From: Chloroflexota bacterium
GTDB taxonomy: Bacteria > Chloroflexota > Anaerolineae > B4-G1
Reading direction: 5' to 3'
DNA length: 40,952 nucleotides
Assembly: GCA_011048615.1 (NCBI GenBank)
Contig: DSDT01000198.1
Coordinates: 1-40,952, forward strand
Position numbers and translations under genes: made by a program
Notes under the pieces: model-generated
Database searches by the model: none
What the model was told of the DNA's origin: nothing
Seen by the model: only the letters and a program-made list of their open reading frames with translations
Shown here: positions 1 through 9,133 of the stretch, in pieces
Layout of the letters: every line of letters starts with the position of its first letter
Position numbering within the stretch: the first letter of the stretch is position 1

Positions 1-41
1 AGGGGAGCACCTTTGCCTTTACGATCCCCGTTGTATCATAG
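1..41 (+). CDS. 3' end of a sensor histidine kinase (HATPase_c C-terminus), truncated by the window edge
   Basis: Frame starting at nt 3 reads GSTFAFTIPVVS-stop (TAG 39-41), the typical G-S-T-F-x-F-T-L/I-P ending of HATPase_c domains. Confidence 0.7.
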   Translation, partial: GSTFAFTIPVVS

Positions 42-59
42 CGCCGAGTTGCCTCGCGG

Positions 60-731
60 CTAGGGTTCCTGAAATCGGGCTTCCAGGCGCTCCAGTAATT
101 CGGCTGCTTCGACCAGTTTATCCAACGGATTCTCGTCGCTCGTAAAATAGCGGTAATCGCAGGGCATCACGTCGAGGGAATCAACCAGATGTTGGTGATG
201 GTCCTTGACCGCTTGCTCGCTGACACCGTAAAACTCGGCGATGTCACGCCGTTTCACGGGGCGCAGATTGACCTTGCGGACGGTATAGTCAATGGCCGCC
301 GCCCAGGCCGCTGGCTGCTGCACGATCAGCGGCTCACTGCCCAGAGCGATGCGGTACTCGACCCAGAGGTGAATCGCGGCCCCGATCTCTTCGATAGGTA
401 TCCCCGCCTCTGCCATTTTGTTGGTGAGGAGTGTCTCGACCTCGTCCATACCGGCCCCAAAGAGGGATTGAAACCGGTTCGTCAGGGGGGAATCCGGTTT
501 CAAACGGATAAAGTCGGCCAGAGCCCGCAGGGCTTGGTCAAAGTCACCGCTGCGGGACAGGGCTTGCGCGAGGTGGAGGTGATAAGCCGGTTCGTTGGGG
601 ACCAGGGTAGCGGCTGCCCCAAAGCACTCGATCGCCCGAGTGATCTCCCATTCCTGATAGGCCGCGATTCCTTCCTCTCGATGACTCTCTGCCTTACGGC
701 GGTCCTCTGTGTTGACCCGTTTTGTGGTCAT
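60..731 (-). CDS. Tetratricopeptide-repeat protein with a C-terminal helical/HTH-like domain
   Basis: ATG at 731 with AAGGAG SD. TPR-like helices (GIAAYQEWEITRAIECF...YHLHLAQALSRSGDFDQAL). C-terminal WAAAIDY...DIAEFYGVSEQAV segment. Confidence 0.75.
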   Translation of the reverse strand: MTTKRVNTEDRRKAESHREEGIAAYQEWEITRAIECFGAAATLVPNEPAYHLHLAQALSRSGDFDQALRALADFIRLKPDSPLTNRFQSLFGAGMDEVETLLTNKMAEAGIPIEEIGAAIHLWVEYRIALGSEPLIVQQPAAWAAAIDYTVRKVNLRPVKRRDIAEFYGVSEQAVKDHHQHLVDSLDVMPCDYRYFTSDENPLDKLVEAAELLERLEARFQEP

Positions 732-833
732 GATATGCACTCCTTGGTTGTGAAAATGAGGTCGCCTGCCGGTGGGTAAAACAGTGCAGAGCCCGCCCCA
801 GAGTCCGCTCAACCGATAGCTTGAAGCGGTGTG

Positions 834-862
834 ATTATAGCACAGTCATTCAAGATGAGCAA
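834..862 (-). promoter_or_regulatory. Sigma70-type promoter for the TPR gene
   Basis: Minus strand TTGCTC-17 bp-TATAAT with an extended TG. Confidence 0.65.
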
Positions 863-884
863 CGCGCCGACGGGAAGCGCCAAG

Positions 885-913
885 TTGAGTAAAACAGTCG
901 CCCGTGTTATAAT
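885..913 (+). promoter_or_regulatory. Sigma70-type promoter for the lipoprotein-mtaB-hinT unit
   Basis: TTGAGT-17 bp-TATAAT with an extended TG. Confidence 0.7.
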
Positions 914-958
914 CTCGCCAGTTCAGCCCGCCGCTCACCGGCATGCCAGTAGGAGGCA

Positions 959-1612
959 ATGATGATACGATGGCGCCGTCATTTGAAAAGCTGCTTGATC
1001 GTTATACTGTTGTCTTTGGTGATGTCTGGCTGCGCAGGCATTGATGGCGGTCAAGGAGTGCTTCTCCAGGAGGGCTTTGACGATCCAGGGAGTGGATGGG
1101 GTATCGAGCGACAGCCCGAGTTCGAGCGGGGCTACAGCGGTGGGGCGTACTTTATCCAACTCTACGTGCCGAACTGGTTTGTCTGGACCACTCCTGATCG
1201 CAGCTTTGGCGATGTCATCGTCGAAGTGGACGTTCAACCGACATCCGATTCTCCGTCAGGACATTTTGGGCTGCTCTGTCGCCACACCGATTGGGACAAT
1301 TTCTACTACTTTGCTATCAGCGCCGACGGGTACTATGGCATCTTTCGGCGGGTGGGCGGCGGTAGCCTCGAACTCGTCACCGGCGATGGACGGGGGATGT
1401 CTTTTTCCCCTGCCATCAAGACCGGGGGGGAGGTCAACAGTGTGATGGCGGTCTGTCGAGGAGATCAGCTGACCTTCTATGCCAACGGCGAACTGCTCGA
1501 GTCGGTCATCGACGATGCGCTGAGGCGGGGGGACGTGGGGCTGGGAGCGGGCAGTGATGAGGCGGGAGCCGTTCGTGTTCAGTTCGACAACCTGTTGGTA
1601 ACCAGGCCCTGA
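959..1612 (+). CDS. Lipoprotein with a beta-sandwich (DUF1080 / concanavalin-like) domain
   Basis: AGGAGG SD; lipobox-like MSGC; motifs FDDPGSGW, FYYFAISADGYY, LTFYANG, GDVGL, VQFDNLLV. Confidence 0.7.
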   Translation: MMIRWRRHLKSCLIVILLSLVMSGCAGIDGGQGVLLQEGFDDPGSGWGIERQPEFERGYSGGAYFIQLYVPNWFVWTTPDRSFGDVIVEVDVQPTSDSPSGHFGLLCRHTDWDNFYYFAISADGYYGIFRRVGGGSLELVTGDGRGMSFSPAIKTGGEVNSVMAVCRGDQLTFYANGELLESVIDDALRRGDVGLGAGSDEAGAVRVQFDNLLVTRP

Positions 1613-1638
1613 ACCGGCGTTGGATAGGAGGGGGAAAG

Positions 1639-2277
1639 ATGGCGGTGACAATCAGGCTGAGGACAGCTTGGGTGGGAGCGGCGCTGATGCTGCTGTTAGT
1701 CGCCTGTGGATCGGGCGGCGGAGGCGAAATGCTGCCCTGGAGCGACGATTTCTCTGATCCGACGAGCGGCTGGCGGGCCGAATCGGACGCCACAGCCGAG
1801 GTGGGCTACAGGGATGGGGTGATGCGTGTCTTGGTCGCCGTGCCCAACAGTCTGGCGTGGGCCTCTGCCGAACGCCAGTTCTCCGATTTCCATCTCACGG
1901 TCGAGGCGACCCAGGTCGCCGGTCCTGACGATAACGAGTACGGTGTGTTGGTACGCGTAAAGGATCCCAACCATTTCTATCGTTTCTCCATCAGCGGCGA
2001 TGGTTACTATCAGATCAGCGTGTATGATGACGGGGTGTGGCAAGTGTTGAGCGGTGACGATTGGCTGCCGTCCGACGCGATCAACCACGGCATGGCGACC
2101 AACCGGTTGGAGGTCATCGGTCAGGGTGTGATGATGACCTTTGTCGTCAACGGTGTCCAATTAGCCCAGGTTCAAGATGGCCGGTATGCCAAGGGGGATA
2201 TCGGCCTCTACGCCGGCTCCTTTTTTGAACCCAACGTCGAGGTTTACTTTGACAACCTGCACGTGGACGCGCCGTAG
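1639..2277 (+). CDS. Paralogous lipoprotein with a beta-sandwich (DUF1080-like) domain
   Basis: Lipobox LVAC; motifs DDFSDPTSGW, FYRFSISGDGYY, MTFVVNG, GDIGL, VYFDNLHV, shared with the preceding gene. Confidence 0.7.
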   Translation: MAVTIRLRTAWVGAALMLLLVACGSGGGGEMLPWSDDFSDPTSGWRAESDATAEVGYRDGVMRVLVAVPNSLAWASAERQFSDFHLTVEATQVAGPDDNEYGVLVRVKDPNHFYRFSISGDGYYQISVYDDGVWQVLSGDDWLPSDAINHGMATNRLEVIGQGVMMTFVVNGVQLAQVQDGRYAKGDIGLYAGSFFEPNVEVYFDNLHVDAP

Positions 2278-2286
2278 GATCGGCGG

Positions 2287-3531
2287 ATGAACGTCTATCT
2301 CCACAGCCTGGGCTGCCGGTTGAATCAGAGCGAGTTGGAGGAGTGGGCGCGCCAGTTGACGGTCGCCGGCTACCACATTGTGGACGACGCTGCCCGGGCC
2401 GACGTGGGTATCGTCAACACCTGCGCTGTCACCCAGGAAGCAGAGCGCAAGTCGCGCCGCTCTGTCCGATCGTTATCCCGCGCGAATCCCGAGATCCGCA
2501 TCGCCGTCGTCGGGTGCTATGCGACCCTGGCACCACGCCGCTGCGCTGACCTGCCTGGCGTGGATTGGGTCATCCCCAACGATGAAAAGGAACGCACGAT
2601 GGACGTGGTGGCGCCGCCTCTCCACCTTGCCAGTGCAGGCCCAGATCTGCTCCCCTGGCGCACCCGCGCTTTCGTCAAGGTGCAGGATGGCTGCGACAAT
2701 CACTGTACGTATTGCATCGTGCGCTTGCTGCGGGGTCCATCCCGCAGTCGGCCGGTGAGCGATATAGTGGCCCAGGTCCAGGCCCGGGTCGAGGAGGGCT
2801 GCCAGGAGGTCGTGCTGACCGGCGTCAACCTTGGGGCCTACGGGCGGGAGTGGGGCGAGGAGCGGGGGTTGTACCGGCTGGTGAACGTGCTGCTGGCCCA
2901 GACCGATCTGCCGCGTCTGCGGCTCTCGTCCCTGGAGCCTTGGGATCTGGACGTGTCGTTTTTTGCGTTATGGGAGAATCCCCGTTTGTGTCGGCAGCTG
3001 CACATCCCCCTTCAGGCTGGCTGTGACGAGACGCTGCGCCGCATGGGCCGCCAGGTCACGACCGCCGAGTTCGCGTCTCTGGTGGCAGCAGCCCGCGCCG
3101 GTGTGCCGGATCTGGCCGTGACCACTGACCTGATCGTGGGGTTCCCAGGCGAGGATGAAGCGGCCTTTCGCGCCAGTTACGAGTACGTGGCCGAGATTGG
3201 GTTTGCGCGGCTGCACGTCTTTCCCTACTCGCCGCGACCGGGCACGCCAGCAGCCCGGCTTTCTGACCAGGTGGCGCGCGGTGTACAGGCTGAGCGGGCG
3301 CGTGCTATGCGAAGCCTGGGCGCGGACCTGGCCCGCTGCTTCCGTCGGAGATTTGTGGGCCGGGATATGGTGGTGCTGTGGGAGCAGCAGCGGGAGGGTC
3401 TATGGACCGGGTTGACCGATAACTATTTGCGCGTCGTCACGCGGGCGGAGGGGAATCTGCACAACCATCTCACTCTGACGTATTTGGTCGGCGCTCGGAA
3501 TGGGGTATTGGTGGGGGAGGTATTGTCGTGA
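2287..3531 (+). CDS. mtaB: tRNA t6A37 methylthiotransferase (MiaB/MtaB radical SAM family)
   Basis: N-terminal LGCRLNQSE/VNTCAVT/GCYA; radical SAM KVQDGCDNHCTYC; RLRLSSLEP, HIPLQAG, LHVFPYSPRPGT, GLTDNY; followed by a HIT gene. Confidence 0.9.
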   Translation: MNVYLHSLGCRLNQSELEEWARQLTVAGYHIVDDAARADVGIVNTCAVTQEAERKSRRSVRSLSRANPEIRIAVVGCYATLAPRRCADLPGVDWVIPNDEKERTMDVVAPPLHLASAGPDLLPWRTRAFVKVQDGCDNHCTYCIVRLLRGPSRSRPVSDIVAQVQARVEEGCQEVVLTGVNLGAYGREWGEERGLYRLVNVLLAQTDLPRLRLSSLEPWDLDVSFFALWENPRLCRQLHIPLQAGCDETLRRMGRQVTTAEFASLVAAARAGVPDLAVTTDLIVGFPGEDEAAFRASYEYVAEIGFARLHVFPYSPRPGTPAARLSDQVARGVQAERARAMRSLGADLARCFRRRFVGRDMVVLWEQQREGLWTGLTDNYLRVVTRAEGNLHNHLTLTYLVGARNGVLVGEVLS

Positions 3532-3875
3532 GGAAGCAAGACTGTGTCTTTTGTCGCATCGTGCGGGGCGAGGCCCCGGCGCAGATCATCTATCAGGATG
3601 AGCAAGTGACCGCCTTCCGGGACTTGAACCCTCAGTCGCCCACGCACGTGCTCATCGTGCCGAACCGTCACATCTCTGGCGTGGCCGAGGTGGACCAGGA
3701 GGACGCGGCTGTGTTGGGGCAGTTGTTTGTCGTCGCCCGCCGTGTGGCGGAGCAGGAGCACGTGGCGGATGGCTTCCGTCTGGTGGTCAACAACGGCCGG
3801 CCGGCCGGTCAGTCTGTGTTTCACCTGCACGTCCATCTGTTGGGCGGACGAGCCATGGGGTGGCCGCCCGGTTAG
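3528..3875 (+). CDS. hinT: Histidine triad (HIT) nucleotide-binding protein
   Basis: DCVFCRI start, AFRDLNPQSPTHVLIVP, HLHVHLLGGR, GWPPG end; GTG start overlaps the mtaB TGA. Confidence 0.92.
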   Translation: MRKQDCVFCRIVRGEAPAQIIYQDEQVTAFRDLNPQSPTHVLIVPNRHISGVAEVDQEDAAVLGQLFVVARRVAEQEHVADGFRLVVNNGRPAGQSVFHLHVHLLGGRAMGWPPG

Positions 3876-3897
3876 CCTGGGTTTGGGATGGTAGCCG

Positions 3898-4962
3898 CTA
3901 TAGCTGACGCTCCTCGGTGGGGAGGAGGGCCAACGCTTGGGGGTCCAGGGACAGGGTGATTGGTTCGCCAGGGGCGGGCAGCGGGATGTTGGCCGGAGCG
4001 TTCAGCGTGATTGTGACGCCGCTGGCGTGACGGATCTCGATCCGGTAGTACTCTCCACGAAACGAGCGGTCTGTCACGGTGCCGTGCAGGGGATTGGGGC
4101 CGCCAGCTCCGGGTCGCCCGGCCTCTGGACGGATCAACACCTGCATCTTCCGGCTCGAATTTCTCACCCCAGTTCCCTCTGTTTCGACTTGCAGCCGGCC
4201 GATGGGGGTCTCGACCCATCCGCCCGCCACGATGTCTGCGTCGAGCAGGTTGGTCAGCCCCAGGAAGCGGGCCACCCAGGTCGAAGCCGGCTGTCGGTAG
4301 ACCTCCTCCGGCCTTCCGCGCTGTACCGTCCGACCGGCGTGCATCAGGATCACCTGGTCGGCCAGGGCGAAGGCCTCCTCTTGATCGTGGGTGACGGTGA
4401 TGGCGGTCACGCCGGCGCGGCGGAGAATGACGGGCAGTTCCTCCAGCAGCCGCTCGCGCAGCGTGCGATCCAGCGCGCCCAGCGGCTCATCCAGCATCAG
4501 CAGGCGAGGTTCCGGGGCCAGGCTGCGGGCCAGAGCGACCCGCTGGCGCTCCCCACCCGAAAGCTGATTCACGTCGCGATGCTCGAAACCGGTCAGACTG
4601 ACCCACTCTAGCACCTGGGCCACCCGTTTCGCCACGGCGTCTCGCTCCCAGTTCTGCATCCATAGCCCAAAGGCGACGTTTCCAAAAACGTCCTGGTGGG
4701 GAAACAGGGCGTATTCCTGGAACATGAGGCCAAATCCGCGCCGGTGGGGGGGGACGCGAGTCACGTCCTGGCCAAGGACCAGCACCTGACCGTGATCGGG
4801 TGTCTCCAGGCCAGCGATGAGGCGCAGTAGCGTCGTCTTGCCGCAGCCGGAGGGCCCGAGCAGACAGGCCAGGTCGCCGCTCTCGACGGCAAAGCTGACG
4901 TCTGTCAGCGTCCAGCCATCGGGATAGGATTTGTGCAGGTGGCGGACCTCTAACAGGGGCAT
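3898..4962 (-). CDS. ABC transporter ATP-binding protein (PotA/FbpC-like, C-terminal TOBE)
   Basis: Walker A GPSGCGKTT, signature LSGGERQR, Walker B LMLDEP, VTHDQEEA. ATG at 4962 chosen because it avoids overlap with greA. Confidence 0.88.
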   Translation of the reverse strand: MPLLEVRHLHKSYPDGWTLTDVSFAVESGDLACLLGPSGCGKTTLLRLIAGLETPDHGQVLVLGQDVTRVPPHRRGFGLMFQEYALFPHQDVFGNVAFGLWMQNWERDAVAKRVAQVLEWVSLTGFEHRDVNQLSGGERQRVALARSLAPEPRLLMLDEPLGALDRTLRERLLEELPVILRRAGVTAITVTHDQEEAFALADQVILMHAGRTVQRGRPEEVYRQPASTWVARFLGLTNLLDADIVAGGWVETPIGRLQVETEGTGVRNSSRKMQVLIRPEAGRPGAGGPNPLHGTVTDRSFRGEYYRIEIRHASGVTITLNAPANIPLPAPGEPITLSLDPQALALLPTEERQL

Positions 4963-4969
4963 GAGCGGT

Positions 4970-5443
4970 TCACGCGATGGCGACGATGGTGAAGGCGATT
5001 TCTCCCGCCGGTGCTGCGACAAAGACCGTGTCTCCTACCCGGTGACCCAGCAGGGCCTGGCCCAGCGGCGATTCGTAGGACACTTTGCCATCCATCGGAT
5101 TCGCCTCGGCCGGGCCAATGATGCGAAAGGTCTCGGTCTCCTCCTGGCCTTTCTCCACGACAGTGACAGTGCTGCCCAGGATTACCTCGTCGCTGGTGAC
5201 GTTCTCAGCGATGATTGATACGTGGCGCAGCATGCTCTCGAGTTGCTGAATGCGCCCTTCCAGGAATCCCTGTTCCTCCTTGGCGGCCTGATAGTCGGCA
5301 TTTTCCGAAAGATCGCCCTGCTGAATGGCCTTGTGCAGGCGTTCGGCCAGGGCTGGCCTTCTCACATTGATCAAGTGATCCAGTTCTTGACGCAGTCCCT
5401 CTAACCCCTCGGTGGTCAGATAGACGGGTTGATTGGTGTTCAC
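4970..5443 (-). CDS. greA: Transcription elongation factor GreA
   Basis: GDLSENADY-AAKEEQ, EANP..GKVSYESPLGQALLG; GGAGG SD and GTG start. Confidence 0.95.
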   Translation of the reverse strand: MNTNQPVYLTTEGLEGLRQELDHLINVRRPALAERLHKAIQQGDLSENADYQAAKEEQGFLEGRIQQLESMLRHVSIIAENVTSDEVILGSTVTVVEKGQEETETFRIIGPAEANPMDGKVSYESPLGQALLGHRVGDTVFVAAPAGEIAFTIVAIA

Positions 5444-5549
5444 GTAACTTTTTACCTCCTCTGGTTTTTCACTGTACTGGCGGCTCGTTCGTATCTTTTG
5501 AATGACTCGAGGGCATGTTGCCCTATTTTTGATTCTTTGCCAGGGTATG

Positions 5550-5915
5550 CTAACGGAATCGCTCCAGTAATGGCACTCCCAGCACCAACAGTCCCACGAT
5601 GATGGAAATGATGGCCGTCAGCAAAACTGCTCCGGCCGTCACATCTTTGGCAACTTTGGCCAGGGGGTGGTAGTCGGGACTGATGATGTCTACCACGGCC
5701 TCCAGAGCTGTGTTGAGCAGTTCACTCACCAGGACGAGGCCGATGGTCACCGCCAATATGGCCCACTCGTTCGGTGACAGCTTGAGCCACATCCCGCACG
5801 CGGTCGCGGCCACAGCTATGGCGACCTGGATGCGCAGGTTACGTTGGGTGCGCAGGGCGTATCCAAGACCCGCAAAGGCGAAGCGAAAGCTGTTCACGAG
5901 GTTCGATCTGTGCAT
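5550..5915 (-). CDS. dgkA: Diacylglycerol/undecaprenol kinase (DgkA family)
   Basis: SFRFAFAGL, QRNLRIQ, ELLNTALEAVVD, AKVAKDVTAGAVL; downstream of ybeY. Confidence 0.9.
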   Translation of the reverse strand: MHRSNLVNSFRFAFAGLGYALRTQRNLRIQVAIAVAATACGMWLKLSPNEWAILAVTIGLVLVSELLNTALEAVVDIISPDYHPLAKVAKDVTAGAVLLTAIISIIVGLLVLGVPLLERFR

Positions 5916-6412
5916 TGTGACCGTGCTGGAGGATGTGCCTGGATGCCCAGTGATTGGAGAATCTCGGCCTGGACAGCCCACATACGTGCCCGCTGCTGCT
6001 CGGTGGTATCGTCGTATCCCAGCAGATGCAGTATGCCGTGGACGACGAGCAAGTGAATCTCGGCCAGAGTGTCGTGGCCGGCCTCGCTGGCTTGGACCTC
6101 GGCCCGCTGAAACGAGATGACGACGTCACCCAGGTAGCGCGGCATGCCCGGCGCACCGACGAACGGTCCCCGGGTATCGTCGGGGAACGCCAATACGTCG
6201 GTCGGGGCGTTTACTCCACGATGACGCCGGTTGAGTTCGTACAGCGCGGCATCATCAGACACGACCACGGCCAATTCGCACGGTCCGGGCACCTGTTGGT
6301 GCTCCAGGACGGCTTGGGCGGTCTGGCGCAGCGGTCGGGAGGCCAACTGATCGTCAAACTGTTGGTCAATCTGTACTTCGATGAGGTAAGATAAGGGCAG
6401 TTCCACGTTCAT
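5894..6412 (-). CDS. ybeY: rRNA maturation endoribonuclease YbeY
   Basis: LNRRHRG..PTDVLAF, LGDVVIS, HGILHLLGYD (the third His of the usual motif reads D here). Confidence 0.9.
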   Translation of the reverse strand: MNVELPLSYLIEVQIDQQFDDQLASRPLRQTAQAVLEHQQVPGPCELAVVVSDDAALYELNRRHRGVNAPTDVLAFPDDTRGPFVGAPGMPRYLGDVVISFQRAEVQASEAGHDTLAEIHLLVVHGILHLLGYDDTTEQQRARMWAVQAEILQSLGIQAHPPARSQCTDRTS

Positions 6413-6457
6413 ATCACATTCATTTCAGACTGTCCGGGCTTTTGGTCCAGACGTTTA

Positions 6458-8584
6458 TCACGTACTGGCTTCTTTTTCTGGCGAGGGGTACTGGATGCGT
6501 GGGTGAAAGACCCCTTTCAGGGAGGAGGCAAAGGTCTCCCGTGCGAGATCAATATCGTGTAGTGTCAGGTCGCACTCGTTCAATTGGCCGTCGTTGATGC
6601 GTTGGTTGATGATGCGAGTGACAATTTCCGCCACATCCTCGGCGCTGGACGGGCGCGCAGAGCGCACGGCTGCTTCACAGCTATCGGCCAACATGACCAG
6701 GGCCGTCTCGCGGCTCTGAGGCCTTGGCCCCTGGTAGCGAAACAGGTTCGGGTCCACCGCTTCCGATTCCGTTGTCAATTGTACCGCCTTGTTGTAAAAG
6801 AAGCTGACCCAGTTCGTTCCATGGTGCTCGGCGATGAATGCTTGAACGCGGCGGGGCAGGCGATACCGTCGGGCCAGTTCTATGCCATCCCGGACATGCC
6901 CGACGATGACCTCGGTGCTGGTTTGGGGATCGAGCCGCTCGTGAGGGTTCATACCCTCGACCTGGTTTTCTGTGAAAAAGTAGGGACGTGCGATCTTGCC
7001 CACGTCGTGGTAATATGCGCCGACCCGGGTGAGGAGGGCATCGGCGCCGATGCTCTCGGCGGCCTGTTCGGCCAGGTTGGCGACCACCAGACTGTGGTGG
7101 TACGTTGCAGGAGCTTCGCGTAGCAGACGCTGCAGGAGAGGATGGTTGGGGCGGCTCAGTTCGATGAGGCGCATCGTCGTCGTGAGGTCGAACAGGGGCC
7201 CGATGATGAACAGTCCACCCAGCGCCAGACTGGCCGAGATCCCGCCGCCTGCTACGCCGCTCAATATCGGGGCCAGCAGTGCTTGGGGGCGGGTCATTCC
7301 CAGGGTCAGGCGAAAGATCAGGATGGTGGTCGCCTGTGCCAGGGCGACGTAGGCTCCAGAGCGAAACAGCGCGCTGATGCGCTCCACCCGGCCCAGGGTG
7401 AGAGCAGCCACCAATCCCCCCAGCGTGGCGTAAGCTGTCATCTCCAGGGAGTAGTCGGCGATGACGCCGATCGTGCCGCCGAGAAAGACCGCAGTGGCTA
7501 CTCCTGCGTGAGGTCCCAGAGCGGCTGAGGCCAGCAGAGCAAGCGCTGGGGCCGGGTTGAGATATCGCAGTGCCTCGCCGCCAGGCACCATCAAACCGGC
7601 TATCAGCACCGTGATTGACGTGAGCAGGACGACGAGGGCCCACTGATGTCCCTGCCAGAGGATAGAGGGCTGAAAGCGCGCCAGGTAGAGGCCCAGCAGC
7701 ACGGTGCCGGATGCGGCCAACAGGATGGCGCTGATCCAATCGCTCCACCTGATTTGGGGTTGTCGCAGCCCAAATTGATCCAGGGCCTCGATGTCGAGGG
7801 GATCGACCCGCTCGCCCTCTCGCAGGATGATCTCGTCGGCCCCAAAGGTGCGCAGCGGCGGTTGGACCTGCTCGCGGGCGTGGGAGCGGGCCGCGGCTGT
7901 CGCGTCGGGGTCGAGGAACGAGTTCGGGATCAGAAATTGTCGCGCCAGCTGGATGGTGACGGCGGTCTCCTCATTGGAGAGGTCGAGACTGACTCGCGCC
8001 GGTATGGTCTCCTGGATTTGTTCCAAAGACCCCGGCCTGATTTGTTCGCGCATCGCTTGATCTATCACGTCCAAGGTCTCAAACTTGACCCGATCCCAAT
8101 TGACGTCGGGGAGGGCCAGGAGACGGTCGAGCACGTCGATGGAGAGATCGGACAGTTCGAACACGGCCAGCATCCAGCCGCGCTTTTGGGCAGTGGAGGC
8201 GAGGGAGTCGGCCCGCACCGATCCCAAATAGTCGAGCACCTGGCGGGTTCGGTCGAGCTGTTGGCGCGCCAATGCGGGATTGGGCAGCGTATAGACCGGC
8301 TGCACAGCGGCGGCTGCCCGTTCCTGTTCTTCGGCGTATCGAATGGCGCTTTCGAACGTGATGCTGCGGGGGGCCCGGATGTCTGAAGGGGCGATTTCAC
8401 CCACTTCGAGGGCGACACGGCTGATGGGCAGCAATGAGGTGGGCAACAGCGGGCGGACCATCACGACGCTGGCTGTCCCTGCGAGGATGGTTCCCAGGAG
8501 AAACAAGCGCACCCTATCCCACCACGTGCGGCGAGGTGTGGTGCTTCTCTCATCACTCTGGCCATCGGTTGGGGGTGTGCTCAT
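6458..8584 (-). CDS. pgpH: 7TM-HD family phosphohydrolase (PgpH-like, putative c-di-AMP phosphodiesterase)
   Basis: N-terminal TM plus extracellular domain, multiple TMs, EAPATYHHS, YYHDVGK, YFFTENQ, EHHGT, FRYQGPRPQSRETALVMLADSCEAA; directly upstream of ybeY. Confidence 0.85.
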   Translation of the reverse strand: MSTPPTDGQSDERSTTPRRTWWDRVRLFLLGTILAGTASVVMVRPLLPTSLLPISRVALEVGEIAPSDIRAPRSITFESAIRYAEEQERAAAAVQPVYTLPNPALARQQLDRTRQVLDYLGSVRADSLASTAQKRGWMLAVFELSDLSIDVLDRLLALPDVNWDRVKFETLDVIDQAMREQIRPGSLEQIQETIPARVSLDLSNEETAVTIQLARQFLIPNSFLDPDATAAARSHAREQVQPPLRTFGADEIILREGERVDPLDIEALDQFGLRQPQIRWSDWISAILLAASGTVLLGLYLARFQPSILWQGHQWALVVLLTSITVLIAGLMVPGGEALRYLNPAPALALLASAALGPHAGVATAVFLGGTIGVIADYSLEMTAYATLGGLVAALTLGRVERISALFRSGAYVALAQATTILIFRLTLGMTRPQALLAPILSGVAGGGISASLALGGLFIIGPLFDLTTTMRLIELSRPNHPLLQRLLREAPATYHHSLVVANLAEQAAESIGADALLTRVGAYYHDVGKIARPYFFTENQVEGMNPHERLDPQTSTEVIVGHVRDGIELARRYRLPRRVQAFIAEHHGTNWVSFFYNKAVQLTTESEAVDPNLFRYQGPRPQSRETALVMLADSCEAAVRSARPSSAEDVAEIVTRIINQRINDGQLNECDLTLHDIDLARETFASSLKGVFHPRIQYPSPEKEAST

Positions 8585-8605
8585 GATCGAGATTCACAAT
8601 TGACA

Positions 8606-8632
8606 AGAGGGAGCACGTATCGCGCTCCCTCT
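8606..8632 (-). terminator. Hairpin after yqeY (terminator or processing stem)
   Basis: AGAGGGAGCGCG-ATA-CGTGCTCCCTCT on the minus strand; weak U tract. Confidence 0.5.
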
Positions 8633-8665
8633 AATGATGCGCAGCATCTAATTCCAGTGGATGGG

Positions 8666-9112
8666 CTAACTGGTCAGCAGCTCGCGCACGATTTGGTTCA
8701 CGAGCCGTCCATCTGCCCGGTCTTTTAACTCTTTCATCAACTGGCTCATCACCGGCCCCATCTGCTGCATACCGGTCGCTCCCAGCTCCTCGATGACCCG
8801 CTTCACCTCGCGTGTGATTTCTTCGCGCGAGAGCAGACGGGGGAGATATGTCTCAAGGATGACCAATTCCGCCTGGGCCTCTGCCAGCGCCTCGGACCTG
8901 TTGGCCTTTTCCAGCTCGACAATCGCGTCACGCCGCTGTCGAGCTTCTTGCTGCAGGGCGTTCACCAAGCCAGCATCATCCAGTTCGCCGCCATGGGATA
9001 CTTGGGCATTGGTGATAGCAGCCAGGGCCATGCGGATGACCGACTTGCGCCGCTCGTCGTGGGCGCGCAGGGCATCTTTCAGGTCTTGCTGCAACCGTTG
9101 CTTCAGGTTCAT
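8666..9112 (-). CDS. yqeY: GatB/YqeY domain protein
   Basis: LKQRLQQDLKDALRAHD..RKSVIRM, YLPRLLSREEI, MGPVM..LK.RADGRLVNQIVRELL; follows rpsU. Confidence 0.9.
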   Translation of the reverse strand: MNLKQRLQQDLKDALRAHDERRKSVIRMALAAITNAQVSHGGELDDAGLVNALQQEARQRRDAIVELEKANRSEALAEAQAELVILETYLPRLLSREEITREVKRVIEELGATGMQQMGPVMSQLMKELKDRADGRLVNQIVRELLTS

Positions 9113-9133
9113 GGGCTGCTTGGCCGTTGAGTG

